Source: Sphaerodactylus townsendi (Eukaryota). Taken from it: a DNA stretch of 64,000 nucleotides. The DNA lies in the NCBI RefSeq assembly GCF_021028975.2, contig NC_059426.1, forward strand, positions 70,060,001-70,124,000, written 5' to 3'. The translations under genes were made by a program, and so were the position numbers. Of the stretch, positions 1-13,090 are shown piece after piece (the first letter of the stretch is position 1; the number at the start of each line of letters is the position of its first letter). The notes below the pieces were generated by a model. That model ran no database searches. It was given only the letters and a program-made list of their open reading frames with translations, and was not told the origin of the DNA.

Positions 1-1656
1 CTGATGTGACCCCCTTTCCCCTCTTGGTCTTCATCACAGGGCCTTTTGCAGGTGCCTGGTCCATGAATAGCCTTTTTATCATCTACTATTATCATTTTCT
101 TGGTGGCTGTTCCTGGAGTCTAAGAAGATGCCAGATCCCAAGTGGGATAAGGCTGAGTTTTTATTGAGATGAGACTTCTTTTACTGTGTATATTTATCTT
201 GAGTGTCATTGGTTATATGCAAATTTACTAATCTCAATGTCATTATAATGCCAACATTTTTTATAATTGCTTAAACTGTGCTTTGAATCTTTGCAACTGT
301 TGTGGATTCCATTGGGTGTCAGGCACTTGTCCTGATAAATTAATAAAAGATTTTTTTTAGATTAAATTATTTGAATCTATCTGTTGTTAATTGGAGATTA
401 CATTTCCCTTCATTGGAGATTACATTTCATCATCAAAGTCTATATGGGAATATATTCTACCTTTGAGTAAATTCTTTGGAGTTTGAGAGATAATAAATAG
501 GCAAAGGGATTCTTTTTATTATTCTTTTTATTGTATAGCATTTTTAAAATTATGTTTTAATCTTTTCAGAGCTGAAGATCTTCTCATCAGGTATGTATTA
601 TTTGTTTTTATTATATTAATTGATTTTATTAATGAGACAGAGTAGACATCATTTTTTAAAATGTAAGAAGTATCAGGAACTTTGGATTATATTAAAGTTT
701 AGCAATTGTGACACTGAGCAGTTTGTGATTCCTGAGTCCCATCCCTCCATTTGATAAAAGGGATGATTTTTAAAAAATGACAAACCACATGAAGCATTTG
801 CAAATTTGAAGCTTAGTAAAGCATAGTGCACACACACACAATTTGCAGATATGTACCTTAACACACAACCAGCTATAAAGCTCTCATGAAAAAGATTCAT
901 TATATCAATGTTTAAATTTTTTAAGTTTCAGGAGAATGTTTAGTTGTGCAAAAGTGGATTTTTGGACTAATAAATTATATTTATAGTTGTAACAGCCTTT
1001 GGTTGACATCATTCATCCATTTAAGTTTATTTCAAAAGGCAGACTTTATTAGCTGTCAATGCAATTCAATCTTTTTTATTTATAGTAGCTTATGTAAAAG
1101 AAAGGGGAATAAATCATCATGTGAAAAAAGACTAAATGCATTAACTATTCTATATTGGGAGTCTGAAGTAAGTCTAAGCTATGCTTCTAGAGATAAAATG
1201 TAATGAAAATGAACCAACAATTTATTCTGAATGTGATTCTTTGTTATCCAATATAATATAATTTTTAAAAAAGAAGGAACAAGAATGCTGCAATATTAAT
1301 TTGTATTATGTAGCAAAGAACTAATATAAATTCATATATATCCTAACTATTATAGGCTCTTAACACTTAATTTCATATTGTATGTCATAATTTCATATTG
1401 TAAGTCGTAATCAAAACTAATTATTATCAATTGATTTACTTTTCTTAAAGATTGCCTCTTGAATATACCAGCATTAAATGTTCCAGTAGATAGTCCTTGT
1501 AGGTTCAAAGTAGAATATCCTTATTAAATTCAGCATAGTTGAAATCAACTCAGGAAAATGCAATAAAATGAGAAGGATGCTTGCTTGTCACTGATGTCTA
1601 AGTTATTAGATAAGGCTTCTGGGTATCCAAGGCTATTAATGAAAACTTGCTTTAGG

Positions 1657-1712
1657 AGAAGAAGAAGAAGAGTTTGGATTTATATCCCCCCTTTCTCTCC
1701 TGTAGGAGACTC
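1657..1712 (-). mobile_element. 3' fragment of tRNA/CORE SINE with (CTT)n tail
   Basis: gaagaagaagagtttggatttatatcccccctttctctcctgtaggagactca matches the 3' end of the full SINE copies at 25293 and 50227. Confidence 0.8.
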
Positions 1713-2804
1713 ATTTAGCATTCATGTGATAAGATAAAATGCTGGAAAAAGCCACAGAGCTCACTCTCATTCTAACAATGTTACATAGAAATAATCCCAT
1801 AGCAATATGCAAGCCTAGAAATTTTGACTCTTAAAACAGTGAATAAGGAAATAGGTTTGCAAGAAACAGGATTCTGGTAAAAACCAGTTTCATTCAATGC
1901 TTCCTCAGTCTTGCTATCCACAAAATAATTACAGTGAATGTCTTAATAGCATATAAATCTTGCTGAAACTTATCATAGTGAAAAGTACTATATAAAGAGT
2001 TCAAGATGTCTACCAAAGCAGTATAAGGAACACTCTCCAATTGCAAGAGCAAAACCCCAGAATTGAAAGAGCGAGTTGCGCGTTGAGAAATTATACATGT
2101 CATGAAATAGCAGGTGTAAAGTGTTTCTAATAGAGTACATTGATCAGGCTGATCCTGCATAAATTTAGTCAGGTTTCAGACATGCTTACATAATAGTCAG
2201 ACTGGTCCTGAAAAAACTTAGAAAAATAATACTTAGGAAAATAACCCAAACTGGTAAACAGAGAGAAAGTTACAACAATGTCTGCAGCAGCAGAACCAAC
2301 AATGTTCCCAAGCTGTGACTGTGAGACAAGAGCTCCAGCTAAGAGAAAAACCCTTACATATAAATATTATTAGAACAAATATTGCAAGTGCACCTAATCA
2401 CTTGGTAACATCCTGTTGACACTTAAAACCTTATTATAGAAAGCATGACAGGTCACTGCTTACATTAAGTCCTTGTGGTCAGATAGTGTCAAGTAAGTTA
2501 ATGGATCTAGTTTCTTGCTGTAAAAGAAATGATCTGTATCAGAGTGATTGTAATTGACAGGTTGGAAACACCAGTTGTGGGCCGAGGTGGGACCCTGTCG
2601 GCCCAAGCCTTTTGAAACCCCATATTGGGTTGAATAATGATGCCACACTTTTCTTTGTAGGTAAATAAATTGGCCATATCTGGATATATTTATTGGCATG
2701 GTGTTATCAGGAAGCAGATTGGCGCAGCATAGGTGGTGATCCAACCATCTGGGCAGCCCGACTGCTGTTTCCCAGAGGCAAGTGAATTCCTCAGCTCGCC
2801 TGCT

Positions 2805-2874
2805 GGAGGAATGAACCGTGACAGGCCAGATTGGGGCATGGAGGAATGAACCGTGACAGGCCAGATTGGGGCAT
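2805..2874. repeat. Tandem duplication of a 35-bp unit within an unassigned GC-rich segment (about 2700-3405)
   Basis: ggaggaatgaaccgtgacaggccagattggggcat occurs twice head-to-tail. Confidence 0.85.
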
Positions 2875-4471
2875 GGGCATCAGGTGAGCGATGGACCCCT
2901 TCCCAGTGCCTGTTCCAATCTGCTGCTAGGGCGCTAGCCTGGTAGCCCCTGCCAGGCGTCCCGACCTCTGGCTCGGTGCACCCTTGCCCCTCATGGGAGT
3001 GTTCCAACAGGAGAGCTTCCTCAGTTCCCCTTTTCCCATTGATCACCTCCCATGCGCACCCCGCCAACTGGCTATGACAGAACAAAAGCAAAACCAGCAA
3101 ATCATATATAAAGCATGCAAGACAGGGATGGGCGGATGGGTCTGTCTTTGGGCCAGCCGGGCAACAATGGCGTTGCCCACATGGCTAGCCACTTAAGTAT
3201 GCAGGTGCCAGCCTGCGCCTACATATCCCGTGGGCTTTCATCTGGCCCCCATGATGGCCCTGGCCATCCAGGATCTGGCCCATGCACATGCACGGCCAGG
3301 TCCTGAAACCACCCAGCTGCCCTTTCTGGTGGCAGTGCGGCTGGAGCCGGGTCCTGTCCATTCGCAATGGGCGTGCCCATCCAGCCATGGGCCGCACTTA
3401 TCACAAAAAACTTAGATTGTGCTCCATTTGTACAAAGTGGTTAATAAACAGTGCCTTCATAATTTTGTGTTTGAACCTTAGAGGCAGAAGTAGTATTCTT
3501 CCACTCAATCCTATTATCTTAATGTACACATAAAATCAGCCTGTTACACAAGGATTCCAGCAGAGACTAACAGACTTTAGTCAAGTCTGAATTATGATGG
3601 TTTGTACAAAGTAGTAATTATTCAATTGAGTTTTAATTTTATATTCCTTGTGTTACATTATTATTTACGTCAAAAATTGAAGTTGAAGTGGTCATTACCA
3701 TTTGCTTCCACCTGCTTTCAACCTGCAAAAAGCACTATCAGTCTCAAATGGGGTTTTGAGGGACATTTGGATCATGCTGGACTTCAATTTTTAAATTGTG
3801 ATGTGCCTTCAATATTTATTTCTTCTCAGAATGCAAGTGCTGAAATCTAACGAGTCAGACTTCATAAGCAGGTCACGGTTTGACCCAGATTTGTAGCCAG
3901 ACAATTTTTATTGGGGGGGATGAGTATATTTGGGGGTCCATCTGTCACCATTTACTATATTTATAGACCTATTTTCTAATTGAGACTCAAGGTAGATTAC
4001 GTGATATAAAGCAATGTAATCAAATAGCACGAGAGATTTCCAAAGGAATGCAACTGGATAAGGGCTACAAAAATGCAAAATGTGCCAAAAAGTATTAGAC
4101 ATGCTATGTTAAACAGAAAAAGGAATCACGAAAAATGAAAACAAGGCTATAAGATCATAATGGAAGAGCATACACTGTGGCATAGACTGAAGTCCTGTTC
4201 CCTATTATCTTTTTAAAAATCCTCTCCCAAACAACTATTCTACATACTTTGCAGAATTAAAGAAGTGTAGGGGCCTGCAAATACAACTTTCTTTTCTCCA
4301 TACATTTTTTGCAAAGGAAACAGAAAGCTCTGCCACTCAAAACACAGTTCTCAAACCAAGAACACCTATCATACCATCTATAGCTAACTGTCCAGCATTC
4401 TTATTTTGTTTTGGAGTAGACAAGCTGAGGTTGTGATTTTCTGTACATGGTCTGAAGAACAAATTGATGTA

Positions 4472-4612
4472 GGCCCTTTCCGCACACGCAAAATAATGCG
4501 TTTTCAAACCACTTTCACAACTGTTTGCAAGTGGATTTTGCTATTCCGCACAGCTTCAAAAAGCACTGAAAGCAGTTTGAAAGTGCATTATTCTGTATGT
4601 GCGGAATGAGCC
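4472..4612. mobile_element. Harbinger/PIF-like MITE (about 140 bp)
   Basis: TIRs ggccctttccgcaca / tgtgcggaatgagcc; flanks GTA and TTA. The empty site (single TTA) is visible in the inverted paralogous block near 46320. Same family as 37231-37379. Confidence 0.8.
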
Positions 4613-5766
4613 TTAGTTTCCTAAAAACTCTGCTGCAGTTCTATGCTTGAAATTTAGCAATTGCTGTAGAAACAGTTATTAAACTGATGCCAAATGAGAC
4701 TCCCAATATTTAAGTCACAGGTATGAAAACTTTTTAAAATGATTTACAAATTGTACACAAAACTAAATCATTAATTCAAGGCTTCTAGTGGTGCCATTCA
4801 ACAAATGCATACGATCAACAATTGCATGTAGGCGCGCATCTTCTGTCAAATGGCCTTTCTGAGGATGTCAGGAAAACTCCTATATTTTTGTCATTCTGCA
4901 AACTGTGAAGTCCTTGACCTTTGATTAATATATATTCTCCCAACATCTGTTTTATTACTACAGCCACTCTAGGTATGTTTTTAATAATTATTAATTTGAA
5001 AGGTCATAACTTATGAAATAAGTGAAAACAGGACTGTAAAGACAACTCAACCTCACCTCCCCATTTTCATTTTCTTCTTTACCACAATTGCCTCCTTACC
5101 ATTACCATAATTCATAACAGCATTTTACATTTCCTTTTGGTTGTAGTAAATTGTGAGTTGTCATAATTAATCAATCATAATTCATAAAATAAATCATAAT
5201 TAATAAACATATTTAGTGGAATAAGAAGGCATATGTTGGCATGTTCATGATGCCTTCTGGGGTGGAAAGAAAGATGTTTTGTATTTGAGAAGGAAAAGGA
5301 TCAGTTGATGTGGAACACCTCTGTCTGAGACCCTGGAGAACCACTGCCAGAGTAGACACACTGACATTGATAAATCAACTAGTCTGACTATATAAGGAAG
5401 TACATATTTACTCTTTACCATTATTGATAGGCAGTAGCATTGCCAGGGAAATTGGTTGCTTTTAAAATCAGATTGACTTGTCTTATCAGCAGTAAGCACA
5501 ACTTATATAATAGCCAGAAACACTCCAAATGTTGTTCTCTTCAGTGTAATCTTGCCAATAGGTACTCAAACACAACATTTCTGAAGAGGGTCTCTTGGAT
5601 AGCTATTACTTTTCATAATTAAGATTCATATTATTTAAAGTAGAAAGGACCTGCAGAACCCATCCACCACTCTTCTTTGCCTGCAAAAAGGGGGGACCAA
5701 ACAAACTAGAAAAAGCATGCAGCCAGCTGCAGTAACATATAAGAAGCAAAAGTCTGAGAGAGAATA

Positions 5767-8700
5767 CTAACTAACAAGCCTTTATTGGCATAAAATAAAC
5801 ATACAAAATAAGCATACAAAATTTGCCCATTATTGCTCACAATTATAGACACTGGTACAAAATACTAAATACTAAAATATATACATGGTCCTTCTGTAAC
5901 TATAGGACATTCCTTCAGCTAAGTTGACTCACTTAAACGTCCTCGGATGCTGACAGAAGCTAGAAAAATTACTGCTGGCTATATGTGGTCATAATACATA
6001 GACGTTGATTGGTATTCATCTAGACTTACGTCTATTATCGTTAGCAGAAATTTTGCTACATTCTCGCACACTGTGGGATCCATGTTGTTCAAAAGCATAG
6101 GTATCTTAAGAGCATCGGTTAGATTGTTATACAGAAATGGGATAAGTGCAGATTGCGACATTCTGATTTTTGCAAACCTTACACAATGAAAGAGGGTATG
6201 ATCGAGTGTCTCCACCTGACCCATATTGCATGGACATAGCCTCCTCTGTTTATCAATTTGTTGATATCTGCCATAGAGCAGCATAGAAGGCATTAGATTG
6301 AATCTGGCCAGTAAGTTAAAGCTCCTTCTTAATTTAGGGTTGGTGATCCACTGTAAATAATTGGCCATGTGTCCTTGTTCAATTGGAATAAGCAGGGTCA
6401 GGTGGAGACACGTTTTCCTCGCAGCTGTTATCATATCCCGATACTCTTGTTCTAATAGCTTAGTTTTCAAGCAGCTATATGCTTCTGCTAGGAGAAGAGA
6501 GACGCACGACTCTGATGAAAAGCCAAGAGTGTTGATTTTTTCCTCAACTAGTTTCAGCCACCTAGAATTTGCATACAGTCGGAAAGCATGAGGTGTAGCA
6601 AACTGGAGTGATCCTGCAAATAGTGGATACGTATTAGTATCTGACAGTTCTCAGCCAGGCCATCGTGGCATATGATATTTGCCCGAAGTTCTAAACATAG
6701 GGCTGCATATGAAGCACAATTTGGTAAGCCCATAATTTTATGGAAGAAATGGACTGGGCTGTGTTTATATTTTTATTTATAGCTCCGATTCAAATTGGTG
6801 CTCCATAGAGGAGCTGGAGAATCGCATTTAGCACTGAACACCTTTCACGCGGATGGTATATACTGGTGGCCCACAGAAAAAAGAAACGGCTGGAATTGCT
6901 AGGGCACTGTTGTTAGCTGCAGCAGTGCTAATTTCCTATGTACTGCCCAATTAAGGTTGCTGGTAAGAGTTATGCCCAAATATTTGAACTGGTTGACTTG
7001 TTCTATGGGTCTGTTATTGATGGTCCATGTATGACTAGGGGTCTTCTAGCGAAGACCATTATTTTGGTTTTTTTCGTGAAGTTAATTACCAGTTCGCTCC
7101 TCTTACAATATTCAGCACAGCAATTTAAGAGACGAAAGTGAGACCAACTTTAGTGTGTGGGAAAGAAGAATGGTGTCACAGCATAAAGTAACGGGCACGT
7201 GTTTAGCTTAGTTTGGGAACATGCCCATTGGCTTCTGGAGGGTTGGCACTAGATCACTAAGGAATATGTTGAACAAAGTGGGGCCAGTGTACAGCCTTCT
7301 TCGACCCCTCTGGTTGTGATGATATTTTCTGTGAGCGGTCCTTTGTTGAGGCTCTTATTCTACAGCTAGTGCAAGTGTATAGCTGTTTTATAAGAAACAG
7401 TAGTCTGGGGGTCGAAGGTGTAACGCCATCAATTTTCCACAGTAGGGCTCTAGATATGGGAGTCAAATGCCCCTTTTAAATCCAGGAAAGCTGCAAAAGT
7501 TTACGGTTATTATGAATTATACTTTTGTTAGCTAAGTGTGCTAAAACTGTTACATGATCCAGTGTTGATTTATTTTAATGAATCCAATTTGCCCGGGTCC
7601 TATTACTTCTGCTTGCTTGACCCAATCTTCCACTCTCCTAAGGAGTAGTTTTATTATAGTTTGCCAATTACAGATAATAGGCTTATAGGACGATAGTTTG
7701 AAGGATTAGTAATATCACCCTTTGTAGATTGGGACAACTATAGACGCCCAGCCACATCTTTGGGATGCGGTCTTGTTATTTACATGGGTAAATATGAAGC
7801 CAGAGTTGTAGCCCACCACTCGGGTGAGGATTTAAGTATTTCTGGTATTATTGTATCAGGACCTGGGGCCTTACCGCTTTTCTCAAACCACTGATTAGTT
7901 TATATTCACTTCTTGAGGATTAACCTCAGGCCAATCTGGTAGCTCCTCTGGTATTGAAGTGGAATCAGGTATTCAGTTAGGCTAGCATTGAACAGATTAG
8001 AAAAATAACTGAACCATCGGTCTAGTGGAAATATGGGGCAACTGGATACTGCAAGTTTGGGCCCTTCTATTTATGATCTGCCAGAATTGCTTAATGTTAT
8101 TTGTTAAAGTGGCTTGATATAGTTGTTCCCACTGCTGTTCGAATTGATTTTTTCGTTTCCATTGTACCATAATTTGAAAACTTTTTTCAGTTGGGTTATA
8201 TTGTTGAGTAGCTTTTCCTCACCTGTGCTGCGTAACTTCTATATAATGATTGTATTAAGTTGTTAAATTCAATACAGTAGCGATCAAACCATTCTCTATG
8301 ACCATTTACCTTAGATTTGGCTATCGCAGGAGACGGTTTGAAGTTCCCCTGCTAAATTTAAAACTAGTTGTTCAAAGTGATGTATTCCACGCTCTGCGTG
8401 TCAGCCTGTAATATATTCTCTTTTAATTTATTAAATGTAGAAGAGCTAAGTAGTGTTTCTGTAGCAGCTGCCACCTGGGGTGACCATGTTATTTTCTGAT
8501 GCCTAAAATTGGTGGTGTCCTCTGTATTAGTCTTTACCTCAGATGAAAAAGTTACATTGAGTGGAAGATGATCACTTATCAATAAGTCCCCAATGCTAAA
8601 AGATGTGACACACTGGTGTAGATAGGGGGATATTAAGATGTAATCAATCACGCTTAGCACCGAAGCGAGTTTACCAAGGTAAAGCAATCTGCATTCCTAT

Positions 8701-9485
8701 AGCACTTGAGGCCGCTTAACCATAATTTGTTGAATTTGATGGGAAATTTGATTAACTGGATTCCTGCTGCATTCACGAGAGTCCTTTGAGGATGGAAGAG
8801 TTGCCAGGAAGAAGCTGTGCGAGATCATCCTCCTGATTCAAATGGGCCAAAGTGGTAGAAAGATCCGTACACACTCTGGCGTTAAAATCTCCTACCAGGA
8901 TCACCTCTGTAGATGGTTGTTTATTTTCTAAATTTTCTACAAATGATGATATCCTACTCCATGTGTTGATTAAGGAGTCTCGTGTCAATCCAGCAGGTAT
9001 ATACAAGTTCACTATAATCATGTGTAGAGCTTCCCCCTCTACCAAAACAGCCTGTGCAAGAGGGGGACATGAGTCAAGAGGAGTTGCTTTGATGCTGTTG
9101 GCTACAAATAGTGAAAGTCCTCCAGAATAACGACCAAACTTAGATACTCTTGTAGCAGGAAGAGAGTATTGTTGGTAGCCATTTAAGGCAAGCTCTGAAT
9201 TGGACCAAGTTTCTTGTAAGGCTATAAACGTAAATTTTTGTAGATAGGTGAGGAAATCACGGTTATCGCATTTCTTGATCCATCCGGCTATATTCCACGA
9301 GATGAGGGAAATCACATCTCTTCTCTGACTTGGATTTGGAGATACTTCCCCCCATGCTGTGTTGGTCCCAGATTGGCTAAGAGATTTTGATAAGGGTTGG
9401 CGTCACTGAGATTGGTCTATGGTTGTAATTTCGTGGTCATCTTGGACCACACATCCATTACCTTGTAGCCTAATCGGGTCTGGCA
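5767..9485 (-). mobile_element. LINE, RTE-X-like, 5'-truncated and frameshifted (APE endonuclease, RT, C-terminal Cys/His motif)
   Basis: APE motifs SWNIAG, LQETW, VGDFNAR, IDYIL, SDHLP; RT remnants (KAPGPD, GC.LAP); C-terminal GRY...RLCPC...ETLDH...C; minus-strand AATAAA and (TTAG)n tail; 13-bp TSD ctgagagagaata at 5754-5766 and 9486-9498. Clade assigned from motif resemblance only. Confidence 0.88.
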
Positions 9486-9577
9486 CTGAGAGAGAATAGA
9501 ATACTTTATTTGAACAATTGTACATTGTTTTCACTGTATTTCAGCTATTCCAGATGATCAATCTTGTTGGCAAGAAG

Positions 9578-10513
9578 ATGGAGAAGGCCAACCTAACAAC
9601 CATGAAGTACTTTTACCTGACAGAACTGTCTGATCTTCCAGAAGTGCGATTTTCCCTTTTTGTGATGATTCTGCTGATCTACTTAATCACTTTGGCAGGG
9701 AACAGTGCTATCCTCATGGCAATAGCAACAGATATTCGCCTCCAGACGCCCATGTACTTCTTCCTCAGTAATTTGTCTATGCTGGATGTTCTTTGTCCAA
9801 CCGTCACAGTGCCAAAGATGTTACAGATATTCCTGTCTGAGGATAAAACCATATCATATTCTGGCTGCATGCTTCAGCTATTCTTTCTGATTTATGTGGT
9901 GGGCACTGAAGTTTTCCTTCTAGCAGTGATGGCATATGATCGCTATGTTGCCATATGTAGTCCACTGCATTATACAACCATAATGAGTAAAAGATTGTGT
10001 GCTCAGCTGGCTGTTGGGACCTGGATAATTGGGTTTATTAATTCTATGATTCACACTTCTCTGACCTTTACATTGTCTTTCTGTGGGCCAAATAGAGTTA
10101 ACCAGTATTACTGTGATATCCCGCCAGTTCGTGCCCTCTCTTGCTCATCTACCTACATCTCTGAACTAGTCCTTCTTCTTGTGGCTGGTATTTTAGGAGG
10201 TAGTGCTTTTGTCATTACCCTGATCTCTTACATCTATATAATCTCTACTATCTTGCAAATGCCCTCTACTGAAGGAAAGCAGAAAGCCTTCTCTACTTGT
10301 GGTTCCCACTTGGCTGTAGTTTGCCTGTTTTATGGGACCACCATTGCCACATATGTTCGTCCCACCTCTACCTATTTGCCCAAGCAAGACAGGATTGTTT
10401 CCATGTTGTATGGAGTAGTCACTCCCATGATTAATCCAATGATTTACAGTCTGAGAAACCAGGAAGTTAAAAGGGCCTTGATAAAAGCATTTAGCCTGAA
10501 ATTTTTTTCATAA
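9578..10513 (+). CDS. Olfactory receptor, class II (OR5V/OR13-like by motif resemblance), intact, 311 aa; alternative in-frame ATG at 9554
   Basis: Canonical OR motifs: N-terminal NLT glycosylation site, GN in TM1, [50 protein letters not shown]. Splice acceptor (tttcag) at 9543-9544 just upstream. The ORF-track start at 9518 is a TTG. Confidence 0.96.
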   Translation: MEKANLTTMKYFYLTELSDLPEVRFSLFVMILLIYLITLAGNSAILMAIATDIRLQTPMYFFLSNLSMLDVLCPTVTVPKMLQIFLSEDKTISYSGCMLQLFFLIYVVGTEVFLLAVMAYDRYVAICSPLHYTTIMSKRLCAQLAVGTWIIGFINSMIHTSLTFTLSFCGPNRVNQYYCDIPPVRALSCSSTYISELVLLLVAGILGGSAFVITLISYIYIISTILQMPSTEGKQKAFSTCGSHLAVVCLFYGTTIATYVRPTSTYLPKQDRIVSMLYGVVTPMINPMIYSLRNQEVKRALIKAFSLKFFS

Positions 10514-11740
10514 AAGTACCATACCCTTGTCTATGATCTATCAAACCCTTGCCTATGATCTAAATGCATGAGGAAATTATTTTGTAAGCCACTAAGTTCC
10601 CTATTGTGGAGAAAAGTGGGTATGAAAGAAATAAAATACATACATAATTTAGCATAGGCATATCTAATTCTTGAATGTGTCCTTGTAAGGGAAGGGGGTG
10701 CAGTATTAGTCCACCCCAGCTAAGGTCACAATCCCTTTATGTAACAAAGAACAGCCTCAAAAGGAGAAAGAGAAACAGTTTCTTTCCTTCTCAAGTGCCC
10801 CGCATAAAGAGATAGAATTGCTTTGCTACCTATTTAACTAGAGGCTAAGTGGTGACCTGGTATATGGGTTCCAGGTAACGAGCCAGCCATAACTTGAGGT
10901 AAATAAGGCAAACCTTTTGGAGAAGAAGGGGTTCTTATGTATCAAGAAGGTACATATCTACTTTAATTCACTATTAAGATCAATTCTCAATGGATACCGC
11001 CATGTCAACTCAGATTGGATGCTACTGGTAATAAGTCTCTCCTGTTGGAACTACTTGGTCAGTCCTTTTTGAAAAGCTATGGAAATATTTTCTTATGTCA
11101 GGATTTTGGAATATAAACAGTAGAGATCTGCTACTTTCAAATGATGTTATCTGCCTTGTGCTGATCTGTATGTCAAGATTGTTTGAAGTTTTAATGTTTT
11201 AAATGCTAATATTTTATAATGTAATTACTATATTGTATATCCTTTGAACCACTTATGGGACTTTAATTTTAAAAGGCCATAATTTATTTTAAAAGGAAAT
11301 AAATAATATAAGCATACAAAGCTAAGGGTGGAATATGATGAGTGTGACCAAAGTAGTAGCTCATAAGCCCTGGTAGCCAAGAGGATTTGTTCTAAACTTT
11401 TGGATATACCTTTGTTTTTAATTAGTTATATTATGTGTCCTACTGTTGTAATACTTGGGATTTTTCTGGAAAGTGGAGCCCACCCTTATTCATTCATAAC
11501 ACTAGGTACACTGTGCTGTTCTATGTGGATTTGATTGAACATTTTACACTATTCTTGATCATTTACAGTGTTTGGTCCATCCGTTAGATCAGGTGGACCA
11601 AACCTCTTTATGAGATGATCCGCCACCGACATATACCCCATTTTATCTATCGCTTGATGTTTGTATTCTGAGGTGATTGACTTCTGAGAAGTGCCAGACA
11701 GTCTCCAGAGAAGAACCTTGATGGGAATGGATTATTATCA

Positions 11741-12197
11741 TCTATATATATAAAAAGCAAACCGTGTATTTGTTAGTGATGGTATAACTCAGTAACTGCT
11801 GGGCCAATTCCTCTGAAAATTCCCAGCCACTGTAGTCAGCCAGGTGAGAGTGTTTTTAGATGTTCACATACCTGAAATTTCACACCTGGCCCAGGTAAAA
11901 TGCCTTTTTCCTGGCACTCAATGGTGGAAGACATGCAGCTGCCCCTTGAGTGGAAGTGAAACACATATACATACATACACATGAGGGAGAGGGAAGGGAG
12001 GGAGGGGGAGGGGTGGCAAGCAAGGGAAGAGAAGTGAGGGAGGGGAGAGAGTGAGGGGTGGCATGCAAGGGAGGGAGGGGTCCCAGCATCTGGATATGAC
12101 CCACCCACCCTAGTGGAGGGAGAGGGAAGGGTCAGCGTCTGTTCCTTTCCCATTTCACCACAATAACCCACAGCAACGGGTGGCCGGGTACCGCTAG
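11741..12197 (+). mobile_element. Non-autonomous Helitron (family A)
   Basis: Begins TCTATATATATAAAA after a host A; ends with a GC-rich subterminal segment (cccacagcaacgggtggccgggtaccg) then CTAG, followed by a host T; no TSD. Second copy at 30209. Confidence 0.8.
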
Positions 12198-12679
12198 TGA
12201 TTAATAATTTTTGATTTGATGTATCTATTGGAAACCCTGTAAAAGGGGTTGTCTTTTTTTGCTTGTTGGTTCTTTGCCCCTCTGCTGAATGAGCCTATGG
12301 TGAATCTCTGAGTCAATAACAACTGAAATAAAGTCTTAAATATGCTACCAGAGGATACCAGAGGAAGGGGAAGGAGAAGGTTTACTCTCGTACGCTTAAT
12401 TCCCCTATCACTGACTCCCAGCATCACATGTAGATCTGCACTGAATTGCTCCCCTACCAACGTACAAGTTAGGAAGACACTGTCATTAACCCATTTCTGG
12501 ACACTGAGGACTCTGATGCAGAGCCTGAAGATACTGTGGAGTCAGAGATGGCTCCTTGAGAGGAAATACAACCAGCAGAATCAGCTCCAAGCCCTTCCCT
12601 GCGAGCCAAGGCAGAGCATGATGCTGTGCAGCTGGGAGAGCTTTCAGGAATCAGAAGACTGATCAATTTTTATTCTGTG

Positions 12680-12945
12680 TAATTAATCTCCAGAAAGTTC
12701 TAGAATCATTAGTATTAGCCGCTCTTGTTAAAGCCTGCTATTTGTCATGTCTGTCCTTCCTTTTTAATATCTTATTAAGGCTTTATATGCTCTTTCCTCT
12801 TTTAATACTTGTGATTGTACAATCAAGCCATCTTGGAAGTTACTGAATAATTTTAAGAGGTTTTCTTTTGTTAATTTACAATCTTGATCGAACCAATGTT
12901 TGTTATGTGATTCTGCCTTGCCTGCACTATGCAAGTTTGAGAAGA
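12680..12945 (-). mobile_element. LINE ORF2 fragment (endonuclease-RT linker)
   Basis: Minus strand reads KHWFDQDCK, matching the WFD.EC linker motif also present in the 5767-9485 LINE. Confidence 0.5.
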
Positions 12946-13090
12946 ATAACTTCTTAATATGGAAGACCTTGGTAAAGCAAGTGTTAGCTATACAGCATAT
13001 TGACTACGTGTTAACAGAAGAACCCCCCAGTGATGATGCTGATCTGAGAGTGGCAATACAGTTTAAATAGGATGAAAGGAGAGCTATAAA

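Noticed and set aside
2702-3405. Solo LTR (TG...CA-bounded GC-rich segment)
   Set aside because: No matching TSD and no convincing promoter or polyA layout; left unassigned.
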